From: the human T2T-CHM13v2.0 reference genome, Homo sapiens
DNA length: 64,000 nt
Assembly (NCBI RefSeq): GCF_009914755.1
Contig: NC_060926.1
Direction: 5' to 3' (one strand)
Part shown: positions 39,854 to 57,607 of the stretch, piece by piece
Layout of the letters: each line of letters begins with the position of its first letter
How positions within the stretch are numbered: the first letter of the stretch is position 1
Made by a program: the position numbers and the translations under genes
Notes under the pieces: generated by a model
What the model was told of the DNA's origin: nothing
The model's database searches: none
What the model saw: the letters and a program-made list of their open reading frames with translations, nothing else

Positions 39854-40052
39854 AGTCACTCAGATATACACCGGCTCTTTCAGTAACCACCCCCCAACCC
39901 AGTTTTAAAATAATGTCCCTTTTCTGATTCTTTCCCTCCCTTAAGTTGCTGTTGTGGATTTCTAATGTAACAGTAAACAATCTGATATACCCATTTCCAT
40001 CAAGTACTATGAATTTGGTTCTTGGTTCATGAATGGTGGCTAGATTTTTTAT

Positions 40053-40495
40053 GAAGGCAGGAAGGAAGAAGGAGGGAGGTAAACAAAGAGAAAGATAAAA
40101 GGAAATAAGGAAGTAAAGAAAGAAGGAAGGGAAGAAGGTAAAGAAAGACGGGAGGGAAGAGGCTAAAGAAAGGAAGAAGGGAGGGAGGAAGGGAAAGAAG
40201 AAAGAAAGAAAGAAAGAGACAGAAAGAAAGAAAGAAAAGAAAGAAAGAAGAAAGAGAGAGAGAGAAAGAAAAGAAAGAAAGAAGAAAGAGAGAAAGAGAA
40301 AGAAAGAAAGAAAGAAAGAATCATAGAAACAAAGAAAAAGAAAGAAAGGAAAGAAAGAAAGAAACATAGAAACAAAGAAAGAAAGAAGAGAGGAGGGAGG
40401 GAGAGAGGGAGAGAGGGAGGGAGGGAGAGAGGGAGAGAGGGAGGGAGGGAGGAAAGGAAGGAAGGAAGGAAGAAGGAAGGAAGGAAGGAAGGAAG
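40053..40495. repeat. Long GA-rich low-complexity tract ((GAAA)n, (GGAA)n, (GGGA)n)
   Basis: About 440 nt of almost pure purine on the + strand. Confidence 0.95.
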
Positions 40496-40508
40496 TCAGT
40501 CTCCAAAA

Positions 40509-40516
40509 TCTCTCTC

Positions 40517-40549
<33 letters not shown>

Positions 40550-40568
40550 CTGTGTGTGTGTGTGTGTG
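40509..40568. repeat. Compound (TC)n(TA)n(TG)n dinucleotide repeat
   Basis: Directly visible. Confidence 0.95.
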
Positions 40569-40834
40569 ATTCCAGAAATTACGAAGGTGAGGTATATATG
40601 CAAAGAGTATGCATTGATGGGGGATGGAGTTTCAGGGAAATATTAGGTTTCTTTTTTGGTATTTCCTATGCACCCCAAGTAGATGGTGGCCCATTTTACT
40701 TAACCTTGCTGTGACTCTGGGACAAGACTTTTCCCTAACACAATTGGATTATTCTTTCACCATTTGCTAGCTATTTCTTTAGGAGATATCTGAGGCACAC
40801 TTAGCTCAGTCGCTTAGCTTTTTCAGCAACTGGG

Positions 40835-40990
40835 ATATAGAAAACAGGATTCTGATCTTGCCGTCAGAAGACCTGAATTATTTCTATTACCAGCTATGTG
40901 ACCTTGGTGAGTTACTTAAATCCTTCTGAGTCTCAAAACTAGTTCCCGTAAAATTCTTAAAATAAGACCTAACTCATAGGTTGTATGTGC
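40835..40990 (+). mobile_element. MIR
   Basis: tcagaagacctga; ttaccagctatgtgaccttgg; acctaactcataggttgt. Confidence 0.75.
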
Positions 40991-41786
40991 CATACCAGCT
41001 GTGAAACTGGAGGTCATGAGGTATACAGTCTAAAGCAAAGAGGACAAATTAATTTCAACTCAAGGAACACATCTAGTTAAATTACAATAACTACCTGTAA
41101 AGCTTAGAAGGAATGTGGGCCATGGCCAAGCTCAGGAGTGGGAATATGAGTGACACATAAGTGCCATCCCTGATATCAGGTATTATTTATTATTTAACTT
41201 TCAAAGGACTATCTCAGGTGTCATCTCATTCCTTCATGATTGATCGAAACTAATCAGTCTGCTCCCTTAATATAATAGAGAAGTCAGATCTGTAAGTTTA
41301 CTCACTCAATGAGAAGCTGTTTAAATAAAAATATCAATAAGTGTAAACAGTACTATGTTTTACCATCTTTTTTTATTCTTCAAAATCAGATAGTCTATGG
41401 AAAAAAAAAACACCAGTCAAAGACATCTAGCAAAACTCTTCTTAAGATGAAAAAAGTTTTTAATACTTCAATCTGTGGTTTTTGTTCTTTATGGGCAGAG
41501 GGCAACATCTGACATTGTTTTCCTTTTTAACAGTCAATGTGACTATTTGACTCAAAGAGAGGATTCAAGTGCAGTAGAATAAAGCTGCTAGAGAAATAAA
41601 GCAGGAAGTTTCAAATTAAAGAAGAATGGAGTGGAGATTGTGAGGAAATGCAGATCAAAGTGACAGGGTTGAGGGGAGAAGAAGGGACAAAAGAAATGGC
41701 AGATAAGAGCAGAAAGACCAAAGCCAGGGTAAAGTGCAGTGAAAAGGAAAGAAGTCAGAAGGAAATATGTTTTCATTTATACTACT

Positions 41787-41831
41787 CCGGAAGGGTATTT
41801 TAAAAGGAATATGATGTCACTTCCGTGTCGG
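41787..41831. promoter_or_regulatory. Candidate ETS plus ETS-CRE-like element
   Basis: ccggaag at 41787 and atgatgtcacttccgtg at 41811; three CpGs retained; motif evidence only. Confidence 0.3.
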
Positions 41832-43519
41832 TATAGCAAAGATATTTCATAATACATAATTGTATTCCTTTTTGTCCATCAGGACCAAATTATTGCTTTC
41901 TCTAGAATTAATTTTTCTACTTTTTAGCAGAGCTTCAGAGAAATACTAAAATGATTTCATTTTTAAGAACTCATGTTTACTTATGGCACCCTTAAGAACA
42001 TTCCCAAGATAAATATAAACAAATCTAATCTTACTCTCACAATGTGCTTCCCATGAAGTTTAGTCACTGAAATAGATGTACCACACAAAGGAGAATCAGT
42101 GCCAAACCTAATCTCACACTTTTAAGAATCATAAATCTTTACTTTTTAAATGAACATTCAAGCAACAATGATGTCCCTGTTACAGAAGTAATGTTACTTT
42201 AAAATGTTGCATTCCTTGACAAGTTTGCAAGTATGAACATAACACTTGTGGATCTTACTAGTGACAAAAAAGGAATTTGCAGTTACTTTTAGTTTTAGTT
42301 TTATTTGCATTTGAACATTACAATAGATTGGAATTTTGGAATTTGTCTAGACTACAAAATTTTGCTCAGGAAAGTATAGATATGTTTCCCTTGCCCTGAA
42401 GAATGAATTTCTACTGTACTCTGTGATTGCATCTCGCAAATGAATCTTTATAGAGGAAGACTCTCTGCATATGCCTATGTCTCACACAGTCAGCTCAGCA
42501 TATGTGACCATCTCAGTCCTCAGCCTGCCTCCCAGGCAGTTCCCTAAAAGTGTCCCACAGGCAACTCTGGCCTCAACTAGTAACAGATTTTGCTAGATTG
42601 TTTCACTTCCCAGGGGTGTGATTCAACATGATACATGATCTGACTCATGTAATAGGTCTACAAATTTTTTATTAAAATGTGACTTATGAAACAGTGCAAA
42701 CATTCAGTATAGATCAAAGGCTTAGCAAACTATATATTCATTAGCTGGAATATTATACAGCCATCACAGATTATATTTAAACACATTTTTAAAGATAAAA
42801 TAACAATTTTTAAAAATCAGTATTCAAAATTGTATATATGCTATAATTGTATATATATAGTGGGAAAAATAAAATTAAGCTTGTATAAAAATAAAACTAA
42901 GCATGTGTAAAAAGAAATATACGGTAACTGTGACTAGGTAGCTGGACTGTAGTGATTTTTTTATCTATATTTCTATTTATTTTCAGCATTTGCTTAAATG
43001 AGATTATGCTGCTTTAATAATGAATATGCTTGTATTTTAAAGTATTTGACAAAAAGGCCGATTTTGTTTTTGTTTTTCCTCTTAAATTTATTTTTTACTT
43101 TTTTTTTTTTTTTCTAATGAGGGAGGATCAAGGCAAAGCATAGCAAGGGTCAAAAACAGGAAGATTCAAGTTGGGGACCTAGGATCAGATATGGAAGCTG
43201 CCGTAAAGAGATAAGAAAGCAAGTAAGCAAGTAAGCACAGCTGCAGGTTTATTGCTATAGGTCAAAGTTACAAACTGAGATCAGCCCACCAAGAGATAGA
43301 AAGAGGAACAGAAACTTAGCTCTAAGACCAGAAAAGGAGGAAAGGAAGAGGAGGCAACACCCTAGTATATCATGGGACATCTCATATGTAACTCATTGAG
43401 TCTTCATATTTTCTTTCTTTCTTCATACTTCTTTCATGAACTTTGGAGAGAGCTAAGAACCAGACAGGACTTTAAACTTTGGAGAGAACTAAGAACCAGC
43501 CAAAGCTTATGGCCCTTTA

Positions 43520-43840
43520 ATCATTCAGTATAAATTCCTCCAGGGCCAAGCACCATCTCTGGCACTGGGGAAGCAACAACGAACAAAAAAGGATAGCCCC
43601 ACACTCCTGGGGTTGATAGTCTTGATGGGGAGAGTTGACAAAAATATAGAAAAATTAATCAGTTAGATAACTAGCTAGTGTCAGGAACGAATAAGGGCAT
43701 AAAGACAATAAGATAGGATCACATGACCAGGAAGTGTACTTCCCACAGTCAGGGCAGGACTTTTTAAAGAGGTAACACCCGAATTGAAGCATGATGATAC
43801 AAAAACCAGTAAAGACCTGAGGGAAGGATGTTACAGCTTT
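43520..43840 (-). mobile_element. L2a 3' region
   Basis: tcattcag...ccaagcaccatctctggcactgggga; cagtcagggcaggac; agacctgagggaagga. Confidence 0.65.
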
Positions 43841-43849
43841 AGAGGACAA

Positions 43850-44460
43850 TCTCACATCAAGCCAGCTCCTGCAGAACACAAGAACCTCAGTGAGAGGAGA
43901 TAAACCAAGGCGGGGAGTCTGTTAAAGAAGACAAGGAGGACACTTGCTCTCATCTCAGCTCTGGGTGAAAGAAATTGGGAGGTAGAAAAGTTTCCCTGAA
44001 AATTTATGTTTACAAACTGGAACTCACTTGGGTTATAGCCAGAATATACACTACTAGTATAGTGGGGAGGATATAAAGCTTAGAAGTTAGTTTGAACTTA
44101 GTGTTTACTTTTCATAAACAAAAGAAAATTAACTTTAGAGGAAAGCAACTTAAAACTGGTCCTCAAAAAAACTCCTACAGGTTATGTTCCATAAAACATG
44201 TGTTCACAGAAAACAAAAACAACAGACTCAGAAAGACTGCCAATATTAGGATTATCAAATGGGTAGCCTAAATAATTATCCTTAATGCAGTTATAAAAAC
44301 TAAAGTATCTGTCTCAAGTATAATAGAAACAGTAGACTGAAAATAATGAAACATACTTGGGAAAGAATTAAATAAAGCTTCTAGAAAAAAATCAAACAAA
44401 TATTTTAAAAACTGAAATTACAAAATCAACAAATGGATTAAAGAGCAGATTAGGCACAAA
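43850..44460 (+). mobile_element. Ancient L1M 5'/ORF1 remnant
   Basis: cttctagaaaaaa...aactgaaattacaaaatcaacaaatggattaaagagcagattag. Confidence 0.55.
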
Positions 44461-44654
44461 TGGGAAAACACATATAAAACTACTTTTTAGAGTAAATATA
44501 AAGTACTCAACAAAATTAGGGATTAATAGAATTATGCATGCAAAGCTGGCTATCCCAGATTACTACCAAATAGAATGTTAGAGAAGAGAGTATTTCTAGA
44601 GGTTAGCTTATCAAGCATCCTCTCAGAACAAAAATTCCCCCCTGGAGGCTCCTT

Positions 44655-44790
44655 TTATTCAGAGTGTGAGCTCCAAGACAGAAGGGACCAGTGTGACTTA
44701 TTCACCAGCAGATCTCCAGCATTGGAAATAGTTGTTGGTTAAGTGCTCAATACACATTTGTTAACCGAATGAGTGAATAAATGAATAATG
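44655..44790 (+). mobile_element. L2 3' end
   Basis: gagtgtgagctccaagacagaagggacc; gtgctcaatacacatttgttaaccgaatgagtgaataaatgaat. Confidence 0.75.
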
Positions 44791-45896
44791 ACATATTTAA
44801 TAATAGTTGGTAGAAAGCCTACAATGATATTTGGAAACTTTAGTCTAATTCTGGGAATACACATCTCTAAAACATCTGGTTTAAAAAAATGAAAGATTCA
44901 GCCCACTAGAAAATAATTTTTGTGCCAAATGCCAAGAGATTGACATATAGAGATTTGAGTTTCTGTATATCACTGAATGGTTTGACAGTGGTTCTCTCTT
45001 CTTATGCCCTTATTTAGTTGTTGTGCTGACAAAATTCAAGCAATACTCCACCTCCGCAATCTGTTTCATCTCCCACACTCCCTGCACATTTTGAGATACT
45101 GAATCTAAAATTTGTAAATGCTAGTGAATGAGGCTCTGATGCAGTCTTCAGAATTGGAAAACTCTTTATCAATCCTAGCAGATTAGCCCAAGCTTATCTT
45201 TAATGCAGCATATCAGTTGAGGAGGTGGCAGGGAAAATAATAAGTAAATAGTTTTCACTGCTAAATCACTTTCAGTTCATGCCACATTGTATATTACATG
45301 CCTACTCTCTTCTGTCCACAATTAGATTTTTCTGGTGCTCAGGTGGATGTGATTCCATCAGTACAAATTAGCTGAAAACCCAGCCATTTCATCTACACGG
45401 CGATCTACAGATTCACAGATATGATGCCATCCCCAAAGGATCAACTTTATGCTGGGCATTTCATCTACAAAGCCACCCCCAAGTTACCAAAGGAGGCAAA
45501 ATGGTAGCTCTCTGCATACGTATAATGGACTCTCAGTGCTCCTGCTTTTAAGCAGGATCATTTCTGTTCACATGAATGGAATAGATTTTCTAAAATGGAT
45601 AGAATCCTAGAAAAACGACATAATGACCAGGCTCTGCAAATCAGCTGTAATCGTTATACCCTGAAAACCTAATTGAACTAAAAAACTCGAGAGTGATAAC
45701 CAGAAGTCAGATATGTATGACAAGCTTGTAACTAAATTACTAAAAAGTTGGCATTGCCATTTTTCATGTCCAGCTATAAATGCCTAGGCAAGAAGCCTTA
45801 CACAATGTTTCACTCTTTTCTAAACGCTACAAGCTGAAGAATACTATCTCCTTCCTGCATAGAATGTTATGGAAGAAAGAACAGTTAGTCTAAAGT

Positions 45897-50091
<4,195 letters not shown>

Positions 50092-52274
50092 AGTTCAAGC
50101 GATAGTTTTTCAAAGACCTCTGAGAGTTAAGCCAATTCCTACAGAACATTTACTAAATTCCCATTCTTTACTCACCCACAGCCCAGTTGCTTCATACAGT
50201 TTGAAATTTGATTGCCAGTTTAGAAAAGCCTCAGTCCATTTGTATTCGGCTCAGAGACATTTTTAATAATGTTTACAGTCTCAAACACTGTGTGGACAAG
50301 TGCTGGAGAGAACCAGCATGTGCAGCTCTCTCCAGCAACAGGTACCAGAAAATGCCTGCAGGCATAGGGGTGAAATATCCTCTCTTGAAAGAAACAAATA
50401 CGTGTTGTGGGGCAATCTCTCAACAAGCTTCTCAGTGTTCGACTATGAAGCAAATAAGAAACCTGGTTTGCAAGGGTAAGTTTCCAAGCATCTTTCACAG
50501 CTATATGACACAAACTTCCACAATGTCATATAAGAATGTGCTGTTTCAGATATTAATGACTTTGCAACTGCATGCAAAGGGACGAGTATGTATACATTGG
50601 AGGCAGGTTGACCAGAAAGGTAAAGGCGTGCCCGTTTCTGATTGCATTTATGTTGGTACTACAGCAAGCTCTTGGAATAAATGACTAGAATGATTTGAAA
50701 ATTACTTTGATGCTATAGATATTGGTGCTGATAACATAGGGAAAGTTTTATTACTAAACTCTACTGGGCCTAAAAGTATGCTGGAAAGAATGCAAGTATG
50801 TATGAGATACATAAAGATGTATTAACAGAACACTCTAGTATAAAGCTGAACATCAATCATGACAAATGTTGGATCCCAAATTTGCCAGAATGTAAATTAT
50901 TATAGACAGAGGAGAATATACCATTAGATTGTACAACATGGCAGAAATGCACAAAATTTTCTACAAATATCTTTAACTATGAAGGTTTATTCCCATCCCT
51001 GGCAATTCCTCAATCAATGTGATATGTTCCTCTGGAATTGATACAGCGTTCTAAAATTTCTTAAACCTACATCAGCACCCTGGAGGTTAGCATCGGGAAG
51101 GTTCATTTTCTTAAGGTGTATAGAGCACTTAGGGAAGGTAGAAAAGGAGTCATCTTAGCTTGGGATTTGGCAGCATGACATTAAAGTAATGGAAATGAAG
51201 GGGGATTTCTGTCAATCATCTAGTGCTTGATATATTCTCAAAACAGAAAACCTCTAGACATTTAAGTTTTTTTGCATTCTGAAGTCAAAAAATCCAGTCT
51301 CTAGTCTGAATTTTTTACTTCCCTCGCCACCCAGATGTTTTGAAGAGGCATAAACCCAGATTTAAATTAAAGCCTTGAATCACATTTCAAAAATCATAGA
51401 CAAAGAATTTATCTATGATTATTTTTCTCCATATTAAAAATCATATCTAGGATCTAAGCTCATAAAAGTGAGCAACTTCACCCTTTTCTTCACGATATGC
51501 TTCACTTCTGAAGAGAGAAAACATGACTATTTTAGCATCACCTATAGTTTCATGCTTTAAACATCACCTAAGGTATATTCATGAACCAGAAAAGGCCTTA
51601 TTACTGTTATACAATTCCATTTTGGCATCTACTCAGCCATGAAAGCAGTTTCATTTTTATGGGAAATGTGCCAGATGGCATATGCACTGCATGGTTGAAA
51701 CAAACACTCAGAACTCAATTCTGCTGCAAGTTATTTACTGGAAGGAACATTTGGTCATGTGGTTATAACTCCATGTGGTACTTTAAAGGTGACTGAAGCC
51801 CTATGTTAGGAAATACTTTTGTTCACATTATTTCAATTTTTTTAAATTTATTTTTGGCAAAAGAGGGGTGTGACTTTTGGAGTTGTTGAGAATCACCCTG
51901 CTGATAACTGAAATGTCAATTGGTATTGATGTGTGAAATCTGGCCCAAGCATAGCTTCTAAAGAAACCATATTTTCCATTTTAAAAAATCATATGCCAGC
52001 CAATACAGGTAGAGTGGGTTGGGAAAGACACATAAGATTGTCTCTGGATGGAGAGTAAAATCTCTAGATCATTAAATTGAATGGCACAGGATTCATGAGC
52101 TGGTAGAGTTCTTTCAATACTGATTTTTTTTAATGGAGAGATAAATTCAAACATACCTTCCTTCAAAGAAAAATAAGTGTTAAATGAATAATATGATATC
52201 TATAAGCAAGAACGACATTAATAGTATAGTATACTATATAAGAGACATATACATATGTGAGACAGATAGACCAT

Positions 52275-52637
52275 TGTATTAATCTGTTTTCATGCTGCTG
52301 ATAAAGACATATCCAAGACTCAGTGATTTAAAACGAAAAGGAGGTTTAACGGACTCAAGTTCCACGTGGTTGTGGAGGCTTCACAATCATGGCAGAAGGT
52401 GAAAGGCACATCTTACATGGCAGCAAGCAAGAGAGAGAATGAAAGCCAAGTGAAAGGGGTTTCCCCTTATAAAATCATCACATCTCATGATACTTATTCA
52501 CTACCACGAGAACTCTATGGGAGGAACCACCCCCATGATTCAGTTATCTCCCACCAGGTCCCTCCCACAGCATATGGGAATTATGGGAGCTACAATTCAA
52601 GTTGAGATTTGGGTGGGAACACAGCCAAACCATATCA
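52275..52637 (-). mobile_element. THE1 (B/C-like) solo LTR
   Basis: tgtattaatctgttttcatgctgctgataaagacata...cacagccaaaccatatca; 5 bp TSD accat. Confidence 0.95.
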
Positions 52638-52757
52638 ACCATGATGACATTCAATGAACGTGAACAAATATTGACCACATGCTACCTGCCTGGCATTGTG
52701 CCAGGTGAGAAAAGAGACATATGACCTCATCTTGCTTATTATTTTAGTTGACGAATT

Positions 52758-54212
52758 CAAGAAAGCAATCCTTTCACAATAGCTACCACAAATTAAAATA
52801 AAATAAAATACCTAGAGATAAATTTAACCAAAGAGTTGAAAGATCTCTATAAGGAAAACTATAAAATACTAATGAAATAAATTGAAGAGAATATAAACAA
52901 ATGGAAAAACCTCCCATGTTCACAAATAGGAAGAATTAATAGTGTTAAGATGATCATACTACTCAAAGCAATCTACAGATTCAATGCAATCACTATCAAA
53001 ATACCAGTGTCGTTCTTCGCAGAAATAGAAAAAAAATCCTAAAATTCGTATGCAACCACAAAAGACTCCAAATAGCCGAAGTAATCCTGAGCAGAAAGAA
53101 CAAAGCTGGAAGAATACCAAACTTCAAAATATATTACAAAGCGATAGTAACTAAAAGAGCATGATACTGGCATAAAAGCAGATGCATAGACCAATGCAAC
53201 CACACAGAAAGCCGCAAAATTAATCCATACATCTATAGCCAACTGAAATTTTACAAAGGCCTCAAGGACATTCATTAAAGAAAGGATAGTCTTGTAAATA
53301 AATGGTATTATGAAAACTGGATATCCATATGCAGAAGAATGAAACTAGACCACCACCTCTCACCCTATAAAAAATAAACTCAAAATGGATTACAGACCTA
53401 AATGTAAGATCCAAAACTATAAAACTACTAAAAGAAAACATAGGAAAAACACCTCAAAACATTTGTCTGGAAAAAGATTTTGTGAGTAAGACCTCAAAAG
53501 CACAGGCAACAAAAGCAAAAATAAACAAATGTGATTAAAACAAACTAAAAAGCTTCTGCACAGAAAAAGAATCAATCAACAGAATGAAAAGAGAACTTAG
53601 AGAAGAGGAGAAAATATCTGCAAACTATTCATTCAAAAGAGAATTAATATCCAGAATATACAAAGAATTCAAACATCTGAATAGAAAAAAACTAAACAGT
53701 CTGATTTAAAAATTAGCAAGTGACCTGAACAGACATTTCTCAAAAGAAGACATACAAATAGACAACAAATATATGAAAAAATGTTCGACATCGCCATCAT
53801 CAGGGAAACGCAAATCAAAACCACAGTGAGATATCATCTCACCTCAGTTAGAATGGCTATTATTTTTTAAAAAGACAGAAAATAACAAATGATAGCGAAG
53901 ATGCACAGAAAAAGGAACTTGTTTGTAGTAGAAATGTAAACTAGCACAGCTAGGGAGAACAGTATGGAGGTTGCTCAAAAACTACCGATAGAACTACCAT
54001 ATTCTCCAGCAATCTCACCAGTGGCCATTTACCCAAAGGAAAGGAAATAAGTATATCAAAGAGACATCTGCACCCCCATGTTTATTGTAATAGTATTCAC
54101 AATATCCAAGATATGGAATCAACCCATGTCTAACAACAGATGAATGGATTTAAACGTGGTATATATACACAATAAAATGTAATTCAGCCACACAAAAGGA
54201 TGCAATCCTGCC
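52758..54212 (+). mobile_element. L1 (L1MA/PB-like) ORF2 3' portion lacking 3' UTR
   Basis: aaatacctagagataaatttaaccaaagag; gcaatctacagattcaatgcaatc; aacagacatttctcaaaagaagacataca. Confidence 0.88.
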
Positions 54213-54359
54213 AACAAGATTTAACTGCATAAAGTAGAGCTAAAATTGAATACAATATTGTCAAAACATGAGACAATATGGTGGTCTTAGCAGCTCTCCT
54301 CCCAGTAAGCTACTACAAATCCCTGTGGAGATTTGAGGTGAGCCTTACCTCTCTGGCTA

Positions 54360-54728
<369 letters not shown>

Positions 54729-55164
54729 AAATTGCTATCATTTTGAGCTAAACTTTGAGCCAGCATGCCCTGAGCTTACCTGTCCTAAATCCATGTCCAA
54801 TCTGCCCACCACTCCATCCACTGATTAATAACTTACTTCTGCCTTCCAAGTTGTATATTCTTTGTAGATAAATACAAGTTCGAATTGTCATTTGTCATGT
54901 CTATACTGATGAAAACGGGACTCAGATCCCTTGCAAGAGTAACGGAATAAGGAGCCCACAAAGGCATCTGAAGTTTGAAAGAGCTGAAAGAGGCATTAAC
55001 AAGAAGAAGGGAACCAAAATAAAGAGGATAGGCTGGCAGCAAACCTCACTCACACAGTTACCCAGAGCAGGTTCCTCTGTGTTGCCCCCAAAACTAATCA
55101 AAAACCTGATGATGAGTAGCCACCAATGAAGACATTTCTTCTTTTTTTTTTTAAGACATTTCTT

Positions 55165-55300
55165 AGACTCAGAACCACCTGGCTGAAAAGGACCTTGGAG
55201 ATCATCTGTGTATTTTCATTTTGCAGAGTCAAAAATAACTCACTTGAGGACATCAGCTTGAGTGTCGGTGCTCTTTCTAATGTCATGTGATACTTCTGGG
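55165..55300 (-). mobile_element. MIR/MIR3 fragment
   Basis: ggctgaaaaggaccttggagatcatct; ttcattttgcaga. Confidence 0.55.
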
Positions 55301-57447
55301 GACAGACCTGTGCTGGACACTGTAGGTGGATGCACTTCCTGTTGGAGGAAAGGAGGTAAACCTAGCAGCTCTGCTAAAGAATCAGTTCTTGGGGTTTTTT
55401 TTCTGATTTATTTTTAATCCCTGAGTTGGTACTATGCTGTCTAATTTTCTAATTTGATGCCTGTGTACTTCTAAACCAGCTCATAGCATTTCAACAGGGT
55501 CAATATGAGGGTGAGGCAAGAGAGATGCCTTATATGATCCTAACAGTGACTGTCTCCTTAAATTTTGCATCTTAGCTGTCTTACTCACCACACATTAGAC
55601 CCAGCCCTGCATTTTAACACATCTAACAAACTGCAGTGCCTGCTTTATTTGTACAGGTCAAGATAGAGAATCGAGGAGCCAGCTATTTAGATGATTAGGC
55701 AAAAAACAACACACATACATAAAATGAAGCTGTTACTTAATTCATCACTTTTTCCTGAATACTTATTATATTAGCAAAACAGAGATGAAGCCCCTATAGC
55801 TAAGAACTATGAAAATATGGATAGTTAACTTGAGTACGTTAAAGGATTCCAAACCCAAAGTAATCACATCGCCAGCAGACTTAATTTAAGATACTTCCAA
55901 ATTTCAATACCTGACCTGACCTATGGGTTTTAAATTTAATTTGAAATACAATTTTTCATCTAAATTATGGAAGTAATAATTACCTTAAAGGGGGAAAAAC
56001 TGCTAGTGCTATTGCCATATGACCAATGGAAGAGAATAATAAGTAAATGGAGAATTGGCAGAAATCAAAAGGCACATATAACATATGATCGTTTGTTGGA
56101 ATATATAGCCTCTCAGCTTTTGAAATATAGACTAGGTTAGGGTGTGACTTCTCTTTTGGATAAGCAGTGCTCTTTGAATTAGGGCACTTAACTCTGCCAG
56201 CACCAAGGGCTGAACTGATCAATAATATACATCTCATGTTGTACTGTAATGAGCCCAATCAGTCTTTTGGGCTGGGAGTGTTGGGTATAATGCTTGACAG
56301 AATAAGTACAGCTCATGTGATGGACAACTCTTAGTCTCAGTCTCACAAGAGCCTGAATGTGAATGTCAAGGAGGAGTCAGAGAGTATAGTGACAGTGAGA
56401 AGTCGGAACTCATTTTGTTGCACTATTAGAAATCCAAGGCAAACCCAAACCAGCTTAAACATCCAAAGGAAGTTGGTTCACTCAGGGAATCCAAGGTAGG
56501 GTTGAATAATCAAAAACTAGTAAGATTGGGGATTTATTTGGGCCTCAGGAACAACTAGGGCTAGAACCAGGATCATGAATGTCATAATGTCATAAATTTC
56601 TCTCTCTCTTCCCCCACCCCCCACGTCCCTTTCTCTTTCTCTCTTTTCTTTGTGCTCTTTGTGTCTTTCTCATATTGGATTCCTTCTCTCCCACTGCAGA
56701 CCATTTTTCTCCAAATATCAGAAAATTTATCCTGAAGAACAAGGTCATGTAAGAAAATGACATCACTAAAATAGCTACACCGAAATTTCATTGAGAAAAG
56801 AGTAGGCAAAAAAGGGGGTTGTTAGAGAAATAATTCCACAGATGTCCTTTTAGCAATCATTCTAAATGTTACATAAAACCAAAGACTAGTTTACCCTTTA
56901 AAGAGGAAGACAACCCCAACAGATGTGGTGTTAGAATCTAGGTATTTCCTTATTTTACATAATTTAAAATTTAGAGGGAAGAGAATGAGGACATTTGGGT
57001 TACTTTCAGAGATTACATAATATACTTGTGTTTATGTGCCTACCTTTCCTGTTTTGGGGAGCCTAACTTCTTCTTGTCATGAAGGAAAAATAGGAACAGG
57101 AAAATATTGGGTATTGGCCCTAGTTTCAGGAAGATAAACTCGAAGAGATGGTGCGGCAACCCCCTGATTACACCATCCCAGAGAAGCATCCTCCATGTTT
57201 CCAATAGCCAGTGGGAGAAGCAACATTTGAGGCAGTGTGGTGTTGTTATTGTTATTATCGTTGCTATTTTTATTTGGAGGAGTGAGACAGCAGGAGGCCT
57301 ATTGCTGTAGATCTTAACATAATACAATTTCTTAGAACAATGCTCCACAGATACTTCTCCCCTGCCCTGATTTGAAGTAGTTCCCTAACCTGTTTAATAG
57401 ACGATAAATACATTAATTATTTACATTAATTAATGTAAATATTTGCA

Positions 57448-57607
57448 TTAATACATTACAGTGCCATTGCACATCCACAGAACTTATTAATTAATCCATT
57501 AAGTAATTATTAGATTTCAAGATTGACCTGCACATGGGAAATAGAGGAATGTAAACTGTAGAAACCTTCTGGGGGACAATTTGCAAATATTAATTAACAT
57601 TCTTAAA
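57448..57607 (+). repeat. Direct repeat copy 1 (of 58777-58941)
   Basis: About 14 mismatches and 2 gaps over ~160 nt (~90%) by hand alignment. Confidence 0.95.

Noticed and set aside
39765-40506. 200 aa and overlapping F/L/S-rich minus-strand ORFs
   Set aside because: They are translations of the GA-rich simple repeat, which lacks stop codons by composition.
43439-43499. Repeat-spacer-repeat resembling CRISPR
   Set aside because: Only two units with an 11 nt spacer, in primate DNA with no cas genes.
50208-50684. 158 aa ORF as a protein-coding gene
   Set aside because: It has a non-ATG (TTG) start, no recognisable domain and no promoter context; kept only as a weak exon candidate.
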